The position numbers and the translations under genes were made by a program. 64,000 nt of DNA, from the IMG/VR virus record IMGVR_UViG_3300020046_003388; one strand, 5' to 3'. Each line of letters begins with the position of its first letter. Within the stretch, counting starts at the first letter, position 1. Positions 10,248-20,260 of the stretch are shown here, piece by piece. The DNA comes from an uncultured virus (IMG/VR IMGVR_UViG_3300020046_003388). Lineage: Duplodnaviria; Heunggongvirae; Uroviricota; Caudoviricetes. The notes beneath the pieces were generated by a model, which did no database searches, was not told the DNA's origin, and was given only the letters and a program-made list of their open reading frames with translations.

Positions 10248-10451
10248 ATGCCGGACACAAAAGAGGAAGCTACTGAGGCAGAAGTACCTAAAGAGGAGGC
10301 ACCCAAGGAGGCCCCTCCGAATTGGGAGTACAAGACAGACTTTGCCATCAATACCAAAATGAGGGAGGTGGTAGCGAAGTCCATTGAGGCGTCTGAGCTA
10401 GAGCTAGCGGGGCTTCTACGTAAGCTTGACAAGTTGACTTACGGAAGCTGA
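10248..10451 (+). CDS. Small acidic hypothetical protein
   Basis: 67-aa ORF filling the gap between two large genes; C-terminal helix. Confidence 0.7.
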   Translation: MPDTKEEATEAEVPKEEAPKEAPPNWEYKTDFAINTKMREVVAKSIEASELELAGLLRKLDKLTYGS

Positions 10452-10457
10452 GGATTC

Positions 10458-12605
10458 ATGTCTGATTGGGCTGAGTTTGCGATAAAGATCCCAGGAAAAG
10501 ACCTCCTCGAAGGGGTGAGGACGATCCTTGAGACGCTCCTCATTTTCCTGGAGATTCTCAAGGTCATTCTTGAGACCATTTCGCTGTTCCTGATCGACTT
10601 CGGGAACCCTCTTCGCCTACTCATTGAAGCACTGCTGGCTTTGATTCTTCAGCTATTCGAGAGTCTAAAGCGGACTGGGTTGTTCGGGTACTTCGACATA
10701 CCTAACCCGCTTCAGGACCCTGGGTTCGATCGATTCAAGGGGGGCTACCAAGCCTTCACAGAGCGCTTCAAGTCTTCTCTGTTCGACAGTAAGGACCCCT
10801 TCCGACCTCAGCCACTTCCTGGAGCGAACAAGAGTGGGTTTGTACTCATCGTGGCGGACGCTGAGTCTGTATTTGGCATGTTGCGGCTTATCAACATCCT
10901 CATGCGATTCTTCGGTAAAGAGCTACTCTCTCCTCAGTACACGGCACCTGCCAACCTGAAGATATTTCCTGCTGGTCAGAAACCTGGAAGCAATAGCGTA
11001 GACGCTCTGCTTCAGGTGGCTAGTGTGTTCGGTGCTCAATTGAAGGGGTTGTCTATCTCCTGGTCCCTGGCTACAAATCAACTTCCACCAGATCCAGGGT
11101 TCAATGACCTCCTAGCTTCGGTTGGAAACGAGTTTATCCCTCAGAAGTGGCTCATTGAGCGGACTGGTCGTGAGGGTGGGCCAGAGATTCTAACCAAGAC
11201 GTCAGCTACAAACTTCGAGGATAAGAAGGGTAAGCTGATTAAGCGGGAGCAGCGTATCCGCGATGAACAAGGGGACTACTTCCGTAAGTTTGAGAAGTAC
11301 ATCGTACTGGATGCGAGTACCAACACAGCATCTTACCTACTCGGTCAACTAGGCACCTTTAGGTACATTGACGAAGATGTTACTAAGGATAAGACCTACT
11401 ACTACAGAGTAAGGGCATTTAGCGGGGACTTGAAGGTCAGCAGTAGCGGGACCATTAGCCTACCGGCACCCATAGAGGACATGAAGACGAAGGACCTTAT
11501 CCAAAAGTGGCCGGGTAAGGATGTCATCATGGGGCGTCCGTCAGGGATCGTTACGGGAAGAGTTCCTAACATCCCAACGGACTTCGACGTACTTAAGGTA
11601 CTTAAAGCCACCTTTAGAATGGCTTTCGCTCTCGGGTTCCACTTGGAGCTTAGTCCGGATGCGAAGTTCGATGATGATGGAAATGCCATCCTAGGTACTA
11701 GTTCGATCCAGATAGGAAGGGGGTCTCTTGCGAATCTTGCAGGCCCGCTTGGTAGGCTATCCCCAGATACAGAGTTTGCTGCGCTCTTTGGAGCTGGGTT
11801 CTCCGATGCGGGTACTCAAGCAATCGTTGAGCCAGACCCGGTAACTGGTAAGTACCCAGATGTGACTCACAACTACTTCAGCGTCAAGGCTCAGGCTGCC
11901 AGGCTAACCACAATGGTTGCACAGGCTATGCTGGACAATAGTGGGATGCTCATCCCACTTAAGGACCTCTATCAGAGTACCATTCCAAAGCCAGTGAGTG
12001 GCGAAGGGTACTTCTCTAGCGGTATCACGACGATTGAGAAGATGGTTCTCCAGTTCGTCAACCTTCCAGACAACTTCCCAGATGCGTATGACGTTAAGGT
12101 CTACGAGACCTACGGGTTTGCTTACACGGACCCGAACACAAGGCTAAATCTGCTGACAGCAGTGCAGTTCATTAAGTCCTTCACGTTAGGTGGGACGCCC
12201 CCCAACTGGATTCAGGTCAGCTTGCTACGGGACATCATCCCATGGTCGGGGCAGTTCATCTACGACCTCTTGGCCAGGATTGACGCCCTCCTTGACGCTT
12301 TCAAAAGTGCGCTCAGTGAGCTGAAGGCCTTCATCGACCTACTGATTCGCAAGATCGATGTCATGGAGAGGTTCATCAAGTTCCTCATTGAGATCCTGAA
12401 TTACCTGGACAACTTCTCCGTTGGGTTCTACTTCTTGGCGCTACCTAACACGGATCGTGGCATCCCAGGTTGGATTGACGCTATCGACAATGCAGGAGGA
12501 ACTCGACCTCCCTCTGGTCCTGGTGGCTATACCGCTGGTATTGCCCTCGCTTACGCGGGTCCCAATGTGGACGCTTTTGCAACCGCTTTTGGTCTTATAT
12601 TCTAG
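10458..12605 (+). CDS. Baseplate-region virion protein with amphipathic helical termini and an FnIII-like domain
   Basis: GAGG RBS; N-terminal ILETLLIFLEILKVILETISLFL; C-terminal FIYDLLARIDALLDAFKSALSELKAFIDLL; FnIII-like YIDEDVTKDKTYYYRVRAF. Confidence 0.65.
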   Translation: MSDWAEFAIKIPGKDLLEGVRTILETLLIFLEILKVILETISLFLIDFGNPLRLLIEALLALILQLFESLKRTGLFGYFDIPNPLQDPGFDRFKGGYQAFTERFKSSLFDSKDPFRPQPLPGANKSGFVLIVADAESVFGMLRLINILMRFFGKELLSPQYTAPANLKIFPAGQKPGSNSVDALLQVASVFGAQLKGLSISWSLATNQLPPDPGFNDLLASVGNEFIPQKWLIERTGREGGPEILTKTSATNFEDKKGKLIKREQRIRDEQGDYFRKFEKYIVLDASTNTASYLLGQLGTFRYIDEDVTKDKTYYYRVRAFSGDLKVSSSGTISLPAPIEDMKTKDLIQKWPGKDVIMGRPSGIVTGRVPNIPTDFDVLKVLKATFRMAFALGFHLELSPDAKFDDDGNAILGTSSIQIGRGSLANLAGPLGRLSPDTEFAALFGAGFSDAGTQAIVEPDPVTGKYPDVTHNYFSVKAQAARLTTMVAQAMLDNSGMLIPLKDLYQSTIPKPVSGEGYFSSGITTIEKMVLQFVNLPDNFPDAYDVKVYETYGFAYTDPNTRLNLLTAVQFIKSFTLGGTPPNWIQVSLLRDIIPWSGQFIYDLLARIDALLDAFKSALSELKAFIDLLIRKIDVMERFIKFLIEILNYLDNFSVGFYFLALPNTDRGIPGWIDAIDNAGGTRPPSGPGGYTAGIALAYAGPNVDAFATAFGLIF

Positions 12606-12629
12606 CTGTAGCTATGAGTGGAGGGTCAT

Positions 12630-13379
12630 ATGCCGTTTGAGTGGTTAGGAACCTTCAATCGCAGTCAATTTGACCGACTTACGGCTTACGCTAGAGATCA
12701 GCTTGCGCACATCGATGCGAGAATCTCTCACTTAACCTATGAGCAAATGCGCATAGGGTTCCTGAAGTTCTCCTACAACTCTGCGGGCAAGCCTACCGCG
12801 TACTCCACAGGGTCGAACGGAGGTTCGCCTACGTACATCGGTAAGTTGATGGGAGCCTACGAGGCTATTGGAGGAGACCCATTTTTTGATTTGCAGACTC
12901 GTGCAATGGTGGACCAACCCGTGTACTACCCACGAGGTACTGAGACGGCTGCGACCAAGGTTCTCTCGAACGGAGAACCCCTACCTCAAAAAGGACTAGC
13001 CGATGCTCCTTCAGCTAATCTTAGCCAGCAGATGCGATCTTGGCTACATGCTACACTAGAGCGTAGGGCAAGACTCGAACGTAAGATTCGAAGAGCTTTG
13101 GATTACGGGGATCAGTTGCAAGCGGAGATTGAAAACTTGCAACTCCTAAAGAAGGGGGCTGCTACCACTGGTTCATTTGAGAACCTTGTTGCAGAGATAG
13201 GTCACCTTATCTCAGATCCCAACTACAGAGCGTTGGGGGATGACAAGGGAGGCGACCCTCATGGTAAGCTGGCGTACGCTCCTATGGCCTCCTACGAGCC
13301 AGGAGAGGGTCGTGAGGCTCCTGATGGCCTGAACGTAGAAAAGACGGCCAAGGGCTACTCTGTCTCAGGAAGTGGGTGA
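12630..13379 (+). CDS. Hypothetical baseplate-region protein
   Basis: ATG 12630 follows GGAGGG (preferred over GTG 12618); coiled-coil segment; GTGA overlap with next gene. Confidence 0.7.
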   Translation: MPFEWLGTFNRSQFDRLTAYARDQLAHIDARISHLTYEQMRIGFLKFSYNSAGKPTAYSTGSNGGSPTYIGKLMGAYEAIGGDPFFDLQTRAMVDQPVYYPRGTETAATKVLSNGEPLPQKGLADAPSANLSQQMRSWLHATLERRARLERKIRRALDYGDQLQAEIENLQLLKKGAATTGSFENLVAEIGHLISDPNYRALGDDKGGDPHGKLAYAPMASYEPGEGREAPDGLNVEKTAKGYSVSGSG

Positions 13380-14515
13380 CCGTGAGCTACGATCGCCAAA
13401 TAGACCAGTTGTGCCCACACCTCGTAACTGAGGAGTTACTACTCGTTCGTACGGATGGGCAGACGGTAATTCCGTTGAGGCCCATTGCTTCTGCAAACTC
13501 TGTTACCGTAAGGCTAAACGGAGAGTTGGATGTCCCATTCTCAGGGGTCCACCTTCCAGCTCAATCTGGTGGAACGAAGGAAGGTCCATTTGACATTGTA
13601 GCTGGAGTGAACAACATCCTGGCCCTTCAGGTGAATTCGGGGGTAGAGCAAGTTGCTACCCTGCCTACGACCAAAGGGATGTCTGCTCAGAAGTTGGCTA
13701 TCGCACTGAATGCTGCTCTTCAGGGAGTCCAATTCTATGCTGATCGTAACTTCCTCAAATTTCGCTCTAGCCTGTCCGGACACGACGCCACAATTTACAT
13801 CAAAAATGGCAGTACTCTTGCAGGTACCGTAGGAATCAAGTCGAATAGGTTGTACCAAGGGAAGCAGATTGCTCCTGGGTGGTCTCTCATCAACGACCCA
13901 AACACGCTGCAAGATAGGCCAACTCGGCTTGTAATCTTTGATGAGGCGCTACGTGGGTTCCAAGACTTCGCTGAGTTGAACTACACCACAATTCGTCAGG
14001 AGTGCCGTCGTTGTGGTGGAATAGGCACAGAGAATGATTGGCGGTACGATACGGATGGGAAGGTCATTGAGCTACGGCAAGAGAGCCTTCTAATCCAAGA
14101 GCTGACCAAGGTGGTCTACACGGCCAGAGGGAGTAACCCATTCCATCCTTGGTATGGTACACTCATCACTGAGCAGATTGGGCAGAAGATTACCTCACGC
14201 GGTCTCATCCAGAGTACGATTACCGCAGATATAAAGACTACATTCACCCGATGGCAGTCGATTAAGCGGCAGCAAGAGGAGAACAGCGGGCAGTTTGTTT
14301 CGGATGAGGAGTACCCCTTTAGGTTGAATGAAGTACTACTGGAGCAAAGTCAGCGGGACCCTACAGTGATGTTTGTGACCGTGAACGTTCAGAACAGGTC
14401 CTTAAAGCCCGTACAACTTACCAGAGGCCTTCGACTTCCAACCTCTCTTGACTTGTTGGGTTTGAATACAGACCAGCGTCGCACCACTCTAAGTGAGTAC
14501 TCTTCGATAGGTTAA
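13376..14515 (+). CDS. Baseplate wedge/sheath-initiator protein with C-terminal gp25/gpW-like domain
   Basis: LLIQELTKVVYTARGSNPFHPWYGTLI matches the gp25-like T.xG...P.YG motif; directly precedes the gpJ-like gene. Confidence 0.7.
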   Translation: MTVSYDRQIDQLCPHLVTEELLLVRTDGQTVIPLRPIASANSVTVRLNGELDVPFSGVHLPAQSGGTKEGPFDIVAGVNNILALQVNSGVEQVATLPTTKGMSAQKLAIALNAALQGVQFYADRNFLKFRSSLSGHDATIYIKNGSTLAGTVGIKSNRLYQGKQIAPGWSLINDPNTLQDRPTRLVIFDEALRGFQDFAELNYTTIRQECRRCGGIGTENDWRYDTDGKVIELRQESLLIQELTKVVYTARGSNPFHPWYGTLITEQIGQKITSRGLIQSTITADIKTTFTRWQSIKRQQEENSGQFVSDEEYPFRLNEVLLEQSQRDPTVMFVTVNVQNRSLKPVQLTRGLRLPTSLDLLGLNTDQRRTTLSEYSSIG

Positions 14516-14519
14516 GCAC

Positions 14520-17500
14520 ATGGCAGCAACTCCTCAAGTCAAGTTACGAGATGGTTCAGGGTACAACTCGAATCTTGTGTTCACTACGAACCAAGAGTCG
14601 ATTGTGCTTGAGGGTACCGTGGGTGTAAACACGGCAGACATCCAGGTGTCGATCAATGGAGCCAACTTCGTTTCTGACCCCACGCTTGTCAAGTTCAACC
14701 TACCTGCGTTTACAGTTCCAAACCTGGACAACTACCCGAATGGGTTGGCACTGGTCTCCGGGCTCAACACTGTCCGTGTGCGTACTATCGACATTGTAGG
14801 TGGGGTTAGTGGCCCAGCAAACGTAGAGATTACCAAGCTACGTCAAATTGACGTACCACAGGTAGAGATCCCCACTGGGATTCAAGTGCGACGTAGGCGT
14901 AATGCGGTAGACATCCTAGCTGCAATCCCCAAAACCGCTAACTCCCCGTTTGGAGGCCCTACTCCTAACTACTTCAGAGGGTTCCATTTCTACGCTTCCT
15001 TGAACCCTAGCGGAACTTCGGGGTACTATCGTATCAACGATAAGCTCGTGACCGTAGCCTCTAGCGTGTATGAGGAGACGGCCACTACGTTTGGTACGGA
15101 CTCTACGGTATGGCAAGCTGAGACGCTACAGAACTTAAGGGTGAAGGTAACTGAGGAGAATGAATATGGTGACACTCTAGCGACAAGGCTAGATCGCATC
15201 TACTCGGTAGCTCAGTATACAAGAAATCTGAGGTTCGCCTCTACGTTAGAAGAGGTAGAGCTAACTGAGTTCATCAGTTTCCGACACCTACGCGAGGGTG
15301 GAGTAGGTATTGTCAATGAAGACCAATTCTCTGGGGTCTCCTCAAGTGAGCCACTCTACTATGTCGTATCAGCTGTGTACTTCGATCCCCAAACGGGAGA
15401 GGAGTTCGAGAGCCCCTACTCTCAAGAGGTGCTAGGGAACCCTCTTGTCATTGATACCGCAATCCGAGACCTGCCGGGGCGGAACCAGTTCAATGTCGTT
15501 ACAGACTTCATCCGAGCTATCCAGCGAGTAAATGCAGAGATCAGTCTTATTCCAGGCTCTACAACGAGAGACGTGTCGATTGACCCGTTTAGCTCGGAAG
15601 CCGAACGTCTGTACTTCCTACTGGACTTCGTACATAGGGCTCAGAGCTTCCTTACGTTGCTTCAGATCGACGATGCCAACAACGATGGGGTGTCCGACCT
15701 AGTAGAGGCAAGTGCGTACAAGACAGCCCTACAAGCGGCCTTAGGGTTCACGTCTACCGGAGCCGTACAAGGGCTCATTGACTCTGCGTTCGACAAGCTA
15801 GCTGGGAATGTCAGTAAGCCTCGACTGCCTGGTCGTCCATCGGTAGGTCAGGCAGTCTTCTATACAACGTCTAAGCCAACTGTAGACCTTGTGGTCCCTT
15901 CGGGAACCATTGTCACCAGTGAGGCAGACTCTACTACAGGGTCCCCGTCCGCTCGATTTAGAGTCGGTGGGACCTATACGCTCCTAGCATCCCAGGCGGA
16001 CGCTTACTACAACTTCGACGAAAAGCGATACGAAATCGTTGTAGATCTTGTAGCTGAGCAGATCGGTGGTGCTGGGAATAAGACGGCTAACCAGATAAAG
16101 AATGCTCAGGGAGTAAGCGGTCTATCTGTCACAAATACGGAAGCTACTGTCTTTGGGCGGGATCGCGAGTCCAATGCGGAGTTGGCCGAAAGGGCGCTCC
16201 TTGGATTTACCTCTGTAGATACTGGCACAGAAGGTGGCTATAGTGCGAACTCCGCAGCTCAGATTGGAGTGATTAAGGCGAAGGTCGTGAAGAGCGGGGA
16301 CGCTCTCATGATGAGGGATTACGACCCTGTACGCAAGAAGCACATTGGTGGAAAGGTAGATATCTGGGTCCAAGGCCTTCGTGAAAGGCAAGTCACTGAG
16401 AAGTTTGCGTTTAGCTTCGAGGTTGCTCGGGACATTCAATGCCAAGTTATCGACTTGGGTACCCTTACGATTCGAGTACAGGATAGTCGGGTCACTGCAA
16501 GCACCCCCATAACCGAGCTACTCAATAACCAGAGCCAAGGATTGGGAGTTCGTAACGTTACCCAAGGCCTGGACTATCTTCTTACTGGGGCGGTCATTGT
16601 AGACTACCAGACCTTCAGGTTGAATCCTGCACTTGCAGGGCAACCTGTTACGGCATTCGATGATGTGATTACAGCAGACTACCGTTTCAGGTCCATCAAT
16701 CAATTCAGGTTTAGCTTCCAACCCGTCCGTAGGATTGTGTCGGTTACTGGAGAGGTGTCCGGTACGCTAAACTCTACCTTGGGGTACAGCCTATTCAAGA
16801 CTGACGACCCTCTACTAGAGGGAGAGAGCACGATAGCGAACGACCACTTGGTCATAAACCAGGTAGCTGGAATTCCTACTGGGGGTACCATCACTGTGAA
16901 TGCCGAGAGCCATGTTCTGATTGGATTCACAGAGGAACCCCTCGTATCCATTGGCATAAATACGAAAACCCTTCGTGTTTTCAATCAGTCTCGAACCGTT
17001 GAGTACGCAGGACCTGAGACCACAAGTCCAGACTTTGAAATCATCAATGGTACAGCGACCACTCCTGTACGGATCGTAAGGACCTCTAGCTCGACTATCG
17101 TCAACGGGTCGACGGTCTCTGTGGACTACGCACACGATGAGAACTTTACGGTAACCTACGTAATCAACGACTTGCTACAGCAGCTACAGAGAACTCTAGA
17201 CTATAAGCGCCATGTAGCCGCAGACCCAATAGTAAAGCAGTCTATCCAGAACTCACTTGATGGCGAAACCACTGTCCAAATGTTGAAGGGGTCTACCAAG
17301 GACAAGGTAGACCCACTACTTCGGTCAAACGTAAGTATGGAGTTGAACCGTAGACTGATTGGGCAGGGGATCGCACAGTCTGACTTCATCAATACCGTGG
17401 ACTCGACTCCTGGGGTCGACTTTCAGGTCATTCCGTTGGCAAAGATGGCCTACTCAGATGGGTCTAGGAAACTACGGGAGGCTCTTGCAAGTAACTCTAA

Positions 17501-17975
17501 GCTCCTACCCACGTTGGATGCTGGTGGTAATAGGGCCTACATCCTTACAGGAGCTTTGAAGTTCCCAACGACGGATGGCGGAGGATTGGCAACGGAGCAT
17601 CGAGGGGTCTTCCAGGACGATGAGGCTATGGTACTCGCTTCGTCTCTGAGTCTTGTCGCAAGTGGCCCCAACCAAGCGTTCATTATCGGGTCTGCGGGTG
17701 CTCTCATCGAGGGGTACACTGACACTGCAACGTTGGTTGCGGCTGGGTTTACAACCACTGAGACCCAACAAGTCGAGTTCCTACGCAGAACTGCAAACCA
17801 TGTGGTCGTTGCCCTATCTGGGTCTACTCTACTGGAAGACCCGTCGAAGCACACTTACACGGCTAGTTACGTAATTCGAGGGGACTCAGGGTCGAAGGAC
17901 ATCACCTCCTCCGGAGTTGAGTTCATAGACCTAGGCAACCTAACGGTCACCTACCGTTTGGCTGGAGATGCCTAA
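14520..17975 (+). CDS. Baseplate wedge protein, gpJ/gp6-like
   Basis: VVPSGTIVT...VDLVAEQIGGAGN...VTNTEATVFGRDRESNAELAERA and GKVDIWV motifs typical of baseplate J. Confidence 0.8.
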   Translation: MAATPQVKLRDGSGYNSNLVFTTNQESIVLEGTVGVNTADIQVSINGANFVSDPTLVKFNLPAFTVPNLDNYPNGLALVSGLNTVRVRTIDIVGGVSGPANVEITKLRQIDVPQVEIPTGIQVRRRRNAVDILAAIPKTANSPFGGPTPNYFRGFHFYASLNPSGTSGYYRINDKLVTVASSVYEETATTFGTDSTVWQAETLQNLRVKVTEENEYGDTLATRLDRIYSVAQYTRNLRFASTLEEVELTEFISFRHLREGGVGIVNEDQFSGVSSSEPLYYVVSAVYFDPQTGEEFESPYSQEVLGNPLVIDTAIRDLPGRNQFNVVTDFIRAIQRVNAEISLIPGSTTRDVSIDPFSSEAERLYFLLDFVHRAQSFLTLLQIDDANNDGVSDLVEASAYKTALQAALGFTSTGAVQGLIDSAFDKLAGNVSKPRLPGRPSVGQAVFYTTSKPTVDLVVPSGTIVTSEADSTTGSPSARFRVGGTYTLLASQADAYYNFDEKRYEIVVDLVAEQIGGAGNKTANQIKNAQGVSGLSVTNTEATVFGRDRESNAELAERALLGFTSVDTGTEGGYSANSAAQIGVIKAKVVKSGDALMMRDYDPVRKKHIGGKVDIWVQGLRERQVTEKFAFSFEVARDIQCQVIDLGTLTIRVQDSRVTASTPITELLNNQSQGLGVRNVTQGLDYLLTGAVIVDYQTFRLNPALAGQPVTAFDDVITADYRFRSINQFRFSFQPVRRIVSVTGEVSGTLNSTLGYSLFKTDDPLLEGESTIANDHLVINQVAGIPTGGTITVNAESHVLIGFTEEPLVSIGINTKTLRVFNQSRTVEYAGPETTSPDFEIINGTATTPVRIVRTSSSTIVNGSTVSVDYAHDENFTVTYVINDLLQQLQRTLDYKRHVAADPIVKQSIQNSLDGETTVQMLKGSTKDKVDPLLRSNVSMELNRRLIGQGIAQSDFINTVDSTPGVDFQVIPLAKMAYSDGSRKLREALASNSKLLPTLDAGGNRAYILTGALKFPTTDGGGLATEHRGVFQDDEAMVLASSLSLVASGPNQAFIIGSAGALIEGYTDTATLVAAGFTTTETQQVEFLRRTANHVVVALSGSTLLEDPSKHTYTASYVIRGDSGSKDITSSGVEFIDLGNLTVTYRLAGDA

Positions 17976-18790
17976 TGGCTAGATTCGACCAAGACCCTTC
18001 TCGGGTAAATCACACCTTAGTCCAACGCGGTAAGGAGTACAACTTTCGACTTGCGCAGAGAGCGCAAGCTATCTTCACAAACTTGCTTAACTTACTTCCG
18101 TCTAACTACATCAGTACCGTACAGGGTCCAAACTACACGAATGAGGTGAAGGCTGTTGCCGTGGAGCTGGCAAGGCTAGAGTTGGCCCTAGAGGACGTTG
18201 AGACGGACTCGAACTACAAGACTACGAGATCCGACTTCATCTATAGTCTCGTAGGGTACCTAGTGTTCTTGAACGGTAGAGTCCCAACGTCTACGTTTGA
18301 TGACGTAGAGTTCAAAAACTTCCTCCTGAACACGATTCGCATATACTTTCAAGGGTCTATCCCTGCGAGTATGCGAGATGCGGTCAACCTGTTTATTTCG
18401 AGTGGGGTGACCTTCACTGAGAACTTCCTCCTCGTTAGGGCGTCGGCCCCAGGCCTAGACATTAGTGATCAGTTCGGCTTCCAGTTCGACATTGACGCGA
18501 TAGGGAACGTGTTTCCTCCTGACATCTTCAACATTGACGCAAATCTCAGGCCACTGTTGGACACGATTCGACCTGCACATACTCTGTTTAGGATTCGGTA
18601 CGTGTTTCGAGATTCTTACACCCCAAACCCTGACAAAGGTGGTAAGATCCTCGATACGTCTCGTGTGAGGTTAGCGAACTACTACTACGAGGACTTTCGG
18701 AACTATACCGATGGCTTGAAGGACCAAGATAGGCTTGGAGTCAAGGTAAATGTTGCGGTTGTAGACGAGAGCCACTCCGACGACTTTTAG
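17975..18790 (+). CDS. Baseplate protein, gpI/Mu gp48-like
   Basis: Follows gpJ-like gene with TAATG overlap; LLNLLPSNY near the N-terminus and LLDTIRPAHT motif. Confidence 0.65.
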   Translation: MARFDQDPSRVNHTLVQRGKEYNFRLAQRAQAIFTNLLNLLPSNYISTVQGPNYTNEVKAVAVELARLELALEDVETDSNYKTTRSDFIYSLVGYLVFLNGRVPTSTFDDVEFKNFLLNTIRIYFQGSIPASMRDAVNLFISSGVTFTENFLLVRASAPGLDISDQFGFQFDIDAIGNVFPPDIFNIDANLRPLLDTIRPAHTLFRIRYVFRDSYTPNPDKGGKILDTSRVRLANYYYEDFRNYTDGLKDQDRLGVKVNVAVVDESHSDDF

Positions 18791-18818
18791 CCTCTCTTGG
18801 AGGCAGAACCTTTTAATC
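18790..18818 (+). promoter_or_regulatory. Short hairpin followed by GAACCTTTTA (possible terminator and/or late promoter)
   Basis: GCCTC-TCTTG-GAGGC (18790-18804), then GAACCTTTTA at 18806, which recurs at 37683. Confidence 0.35.
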
Positions 18819-18840
18819 TCTATTTCCGGTAGGAGGAATC

Positions 18841-19374
18841 ATGAACATCCAAGAGTGCGTACAGGGACCTAGAGCTAAGGCTGTTATTATTCACGAGAGA
18901 CCCTACGACTACGATGAGAAGCGTGGAATCTGGATGCGTCGAGTAATTGACGAGCAGGAATCCTCCAACATCGTTACGAATGCTGGTCGTGTGCGAATCC
19001 ACACCTACCTCTACGGGGCTGGAGGTCAGCGAGTAGGGATCGGGGCTGGGCTCAACTACATTGCCCTATCTAACAATGCGACCGCTCCTGCTCAGTCAGA
19101 TACAGTCCTGACAGGGGAGATCACGAATACCGTGCCTACGGCTGGCCTTCAGCGAGCACTAGGTACCGTGACCCTTCCTACGGGAGCAGGCACTCAGACT
19201 ATCATTCAGAAGGTCTTTACCTTCACGGGCACCCCAGGTCCTCAAGGAGTCCAGAAGACGGCTCTGTTTGATGATGCCTCTGCTGGTACCATGGCCCATG
19301 AGATCCAGTTTGCCCCTCGCACTTTGTTCACAAACGACACACTTACCGTGACCATGAGCATAACCTTAGCTTGA
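18841..19374 (+). CDS. Tail collar/fibre-attachment-like protein (paralogue of 31426-32067)
   Basis: AGGAGG RBS; NIVTNAGR...YIALSNNATAPAQSDTVLTGEI...ALFDDASAG...DTLTVTMSITL pattern resembling P2 gpH N-terminal-like domains. Confidence 0.65.
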   Translation: MNIQECVQGPRAKAVIIHERPYDYDEKRGIWMRRVIDEQESSNIVTNAGRVRIHTYLYGAGGQRVGIGAGLNYIALSNNATAPAQSDTVLTGEITNTVPTAGLQRALGTVTLPTGAGTQTIIQKVFTFTGTPGPQGVQKTALFDDASAGTMAHEIQFAPRTLFTNDTLTVTMSITLA

Positions 19375-19377
19375 CTC

Positions 19378-20259
19378 ATGGGTATTTACGGTAGCATCTA
19401 TGGTTTATATGACCCAAGTACCGGAGAACTCAGGTATATTGGGCAGACAACAATCCCTCTGAGGCGTCGTTTGGCTGCGCATATGACCCCTAGCTCCCTC
19501 TCTCATCCTGAGTACAGGGCCTACTGGATTTCGTCAATTCTTCGCCAGGGTCTACGTCCAATCATTAAGGAGATCGCTACAGCCTCTTCGAGGGAGGAGC
19601 TTGATCGCCTTGAGGTTGAACACATCGCCTTGGCTAGGTTGGGTCAGGTTCGTCTTGTGAATATTGAGCCAGGTGGAAACTCCCTTTCTCCTGAGCATTA
19701 TACTCGTCTTGCTGAAATGAAAAGAGGCATCCCACGCACCCCAGAGGTACGAGCCAAAATCTCAGCAGCTAAGAAGGGCAAACCATCCTCCAAGCGTGGC
19801 CCAATGAGCGAGGAGCAGAAGGTCAAAGTCTCCGCTTCAAGGAAGGGCAAGCTCCTTGGAGCCACTCATCATCAGTACCGGGGCGACATCTCAACAGACT
19901 TCATCCTCCAGAGAATCGCTGAGGGTCGGACGAAGGTTCAGGTGGCTGAGGAGCTTGATGTTTCCAGTACGCTCATTCACCGTAGGTTGAACCAGGCGGG
20001 GCTTACGGGAGAGAGTCGACCCAAGGGTAAGCGAGAAGCCTGGAACAAGGGCAAGGCCCACTCAGCAGAGCATGTTGCTAACTTTGCCGCATCTAGGAAG
20101 GGTAAGGCGACCGGGACAGACCACCACTTTTACCGACATGACATCCTGGACGAAGACCTTCGTCAAAAGGTTCAGGAGGGTCTCACCCCCTCTCAGATTG
20201 CAAAGTACTACGGGATAGCTCGAATTACTGTTGCTAGAAGACTTAGGAAAGTAGCTTAA
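19378..20259 (+). CDS. GIY-YIG homing endonuclease with NUMOD3 motifs and two HTH modules
   Basis: GSIYGLYDPSTGELRYIGQT..LRRRLAAH; NUMOD3-like RTPEVRAKISAAKKGK, MSEEQKVKVSASRKGK, HSAEHVANFAASRKGK. Confidence 0.85.
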   Translation: MGIYGSIYGLYDPSTGELRYIGQTTIPLRRRLAAHMTPSSLSHPEYRAYWISSILRQGLRPIIKEIATASSREELDRLEVEHIALARLGQVRLVNIEPGGNSLSPEHYTRLAEMKRGIPRTPEVRAKISAAKKGKPSSKRGPMSEEQKVKVSASRKGKLLGATHHQYRGDISTDFILQRIAEGRTKVQVAEELDVSSTLIHRRLNQAGLTGESRPKGKREAWNKGKAHSAEHVANFAASRKGKATGTDHHFYRHDILDEDLRQKVQEGLTPSQIAKYYGIARITVARRLRKVA

Positions 20260-20260
20260 C

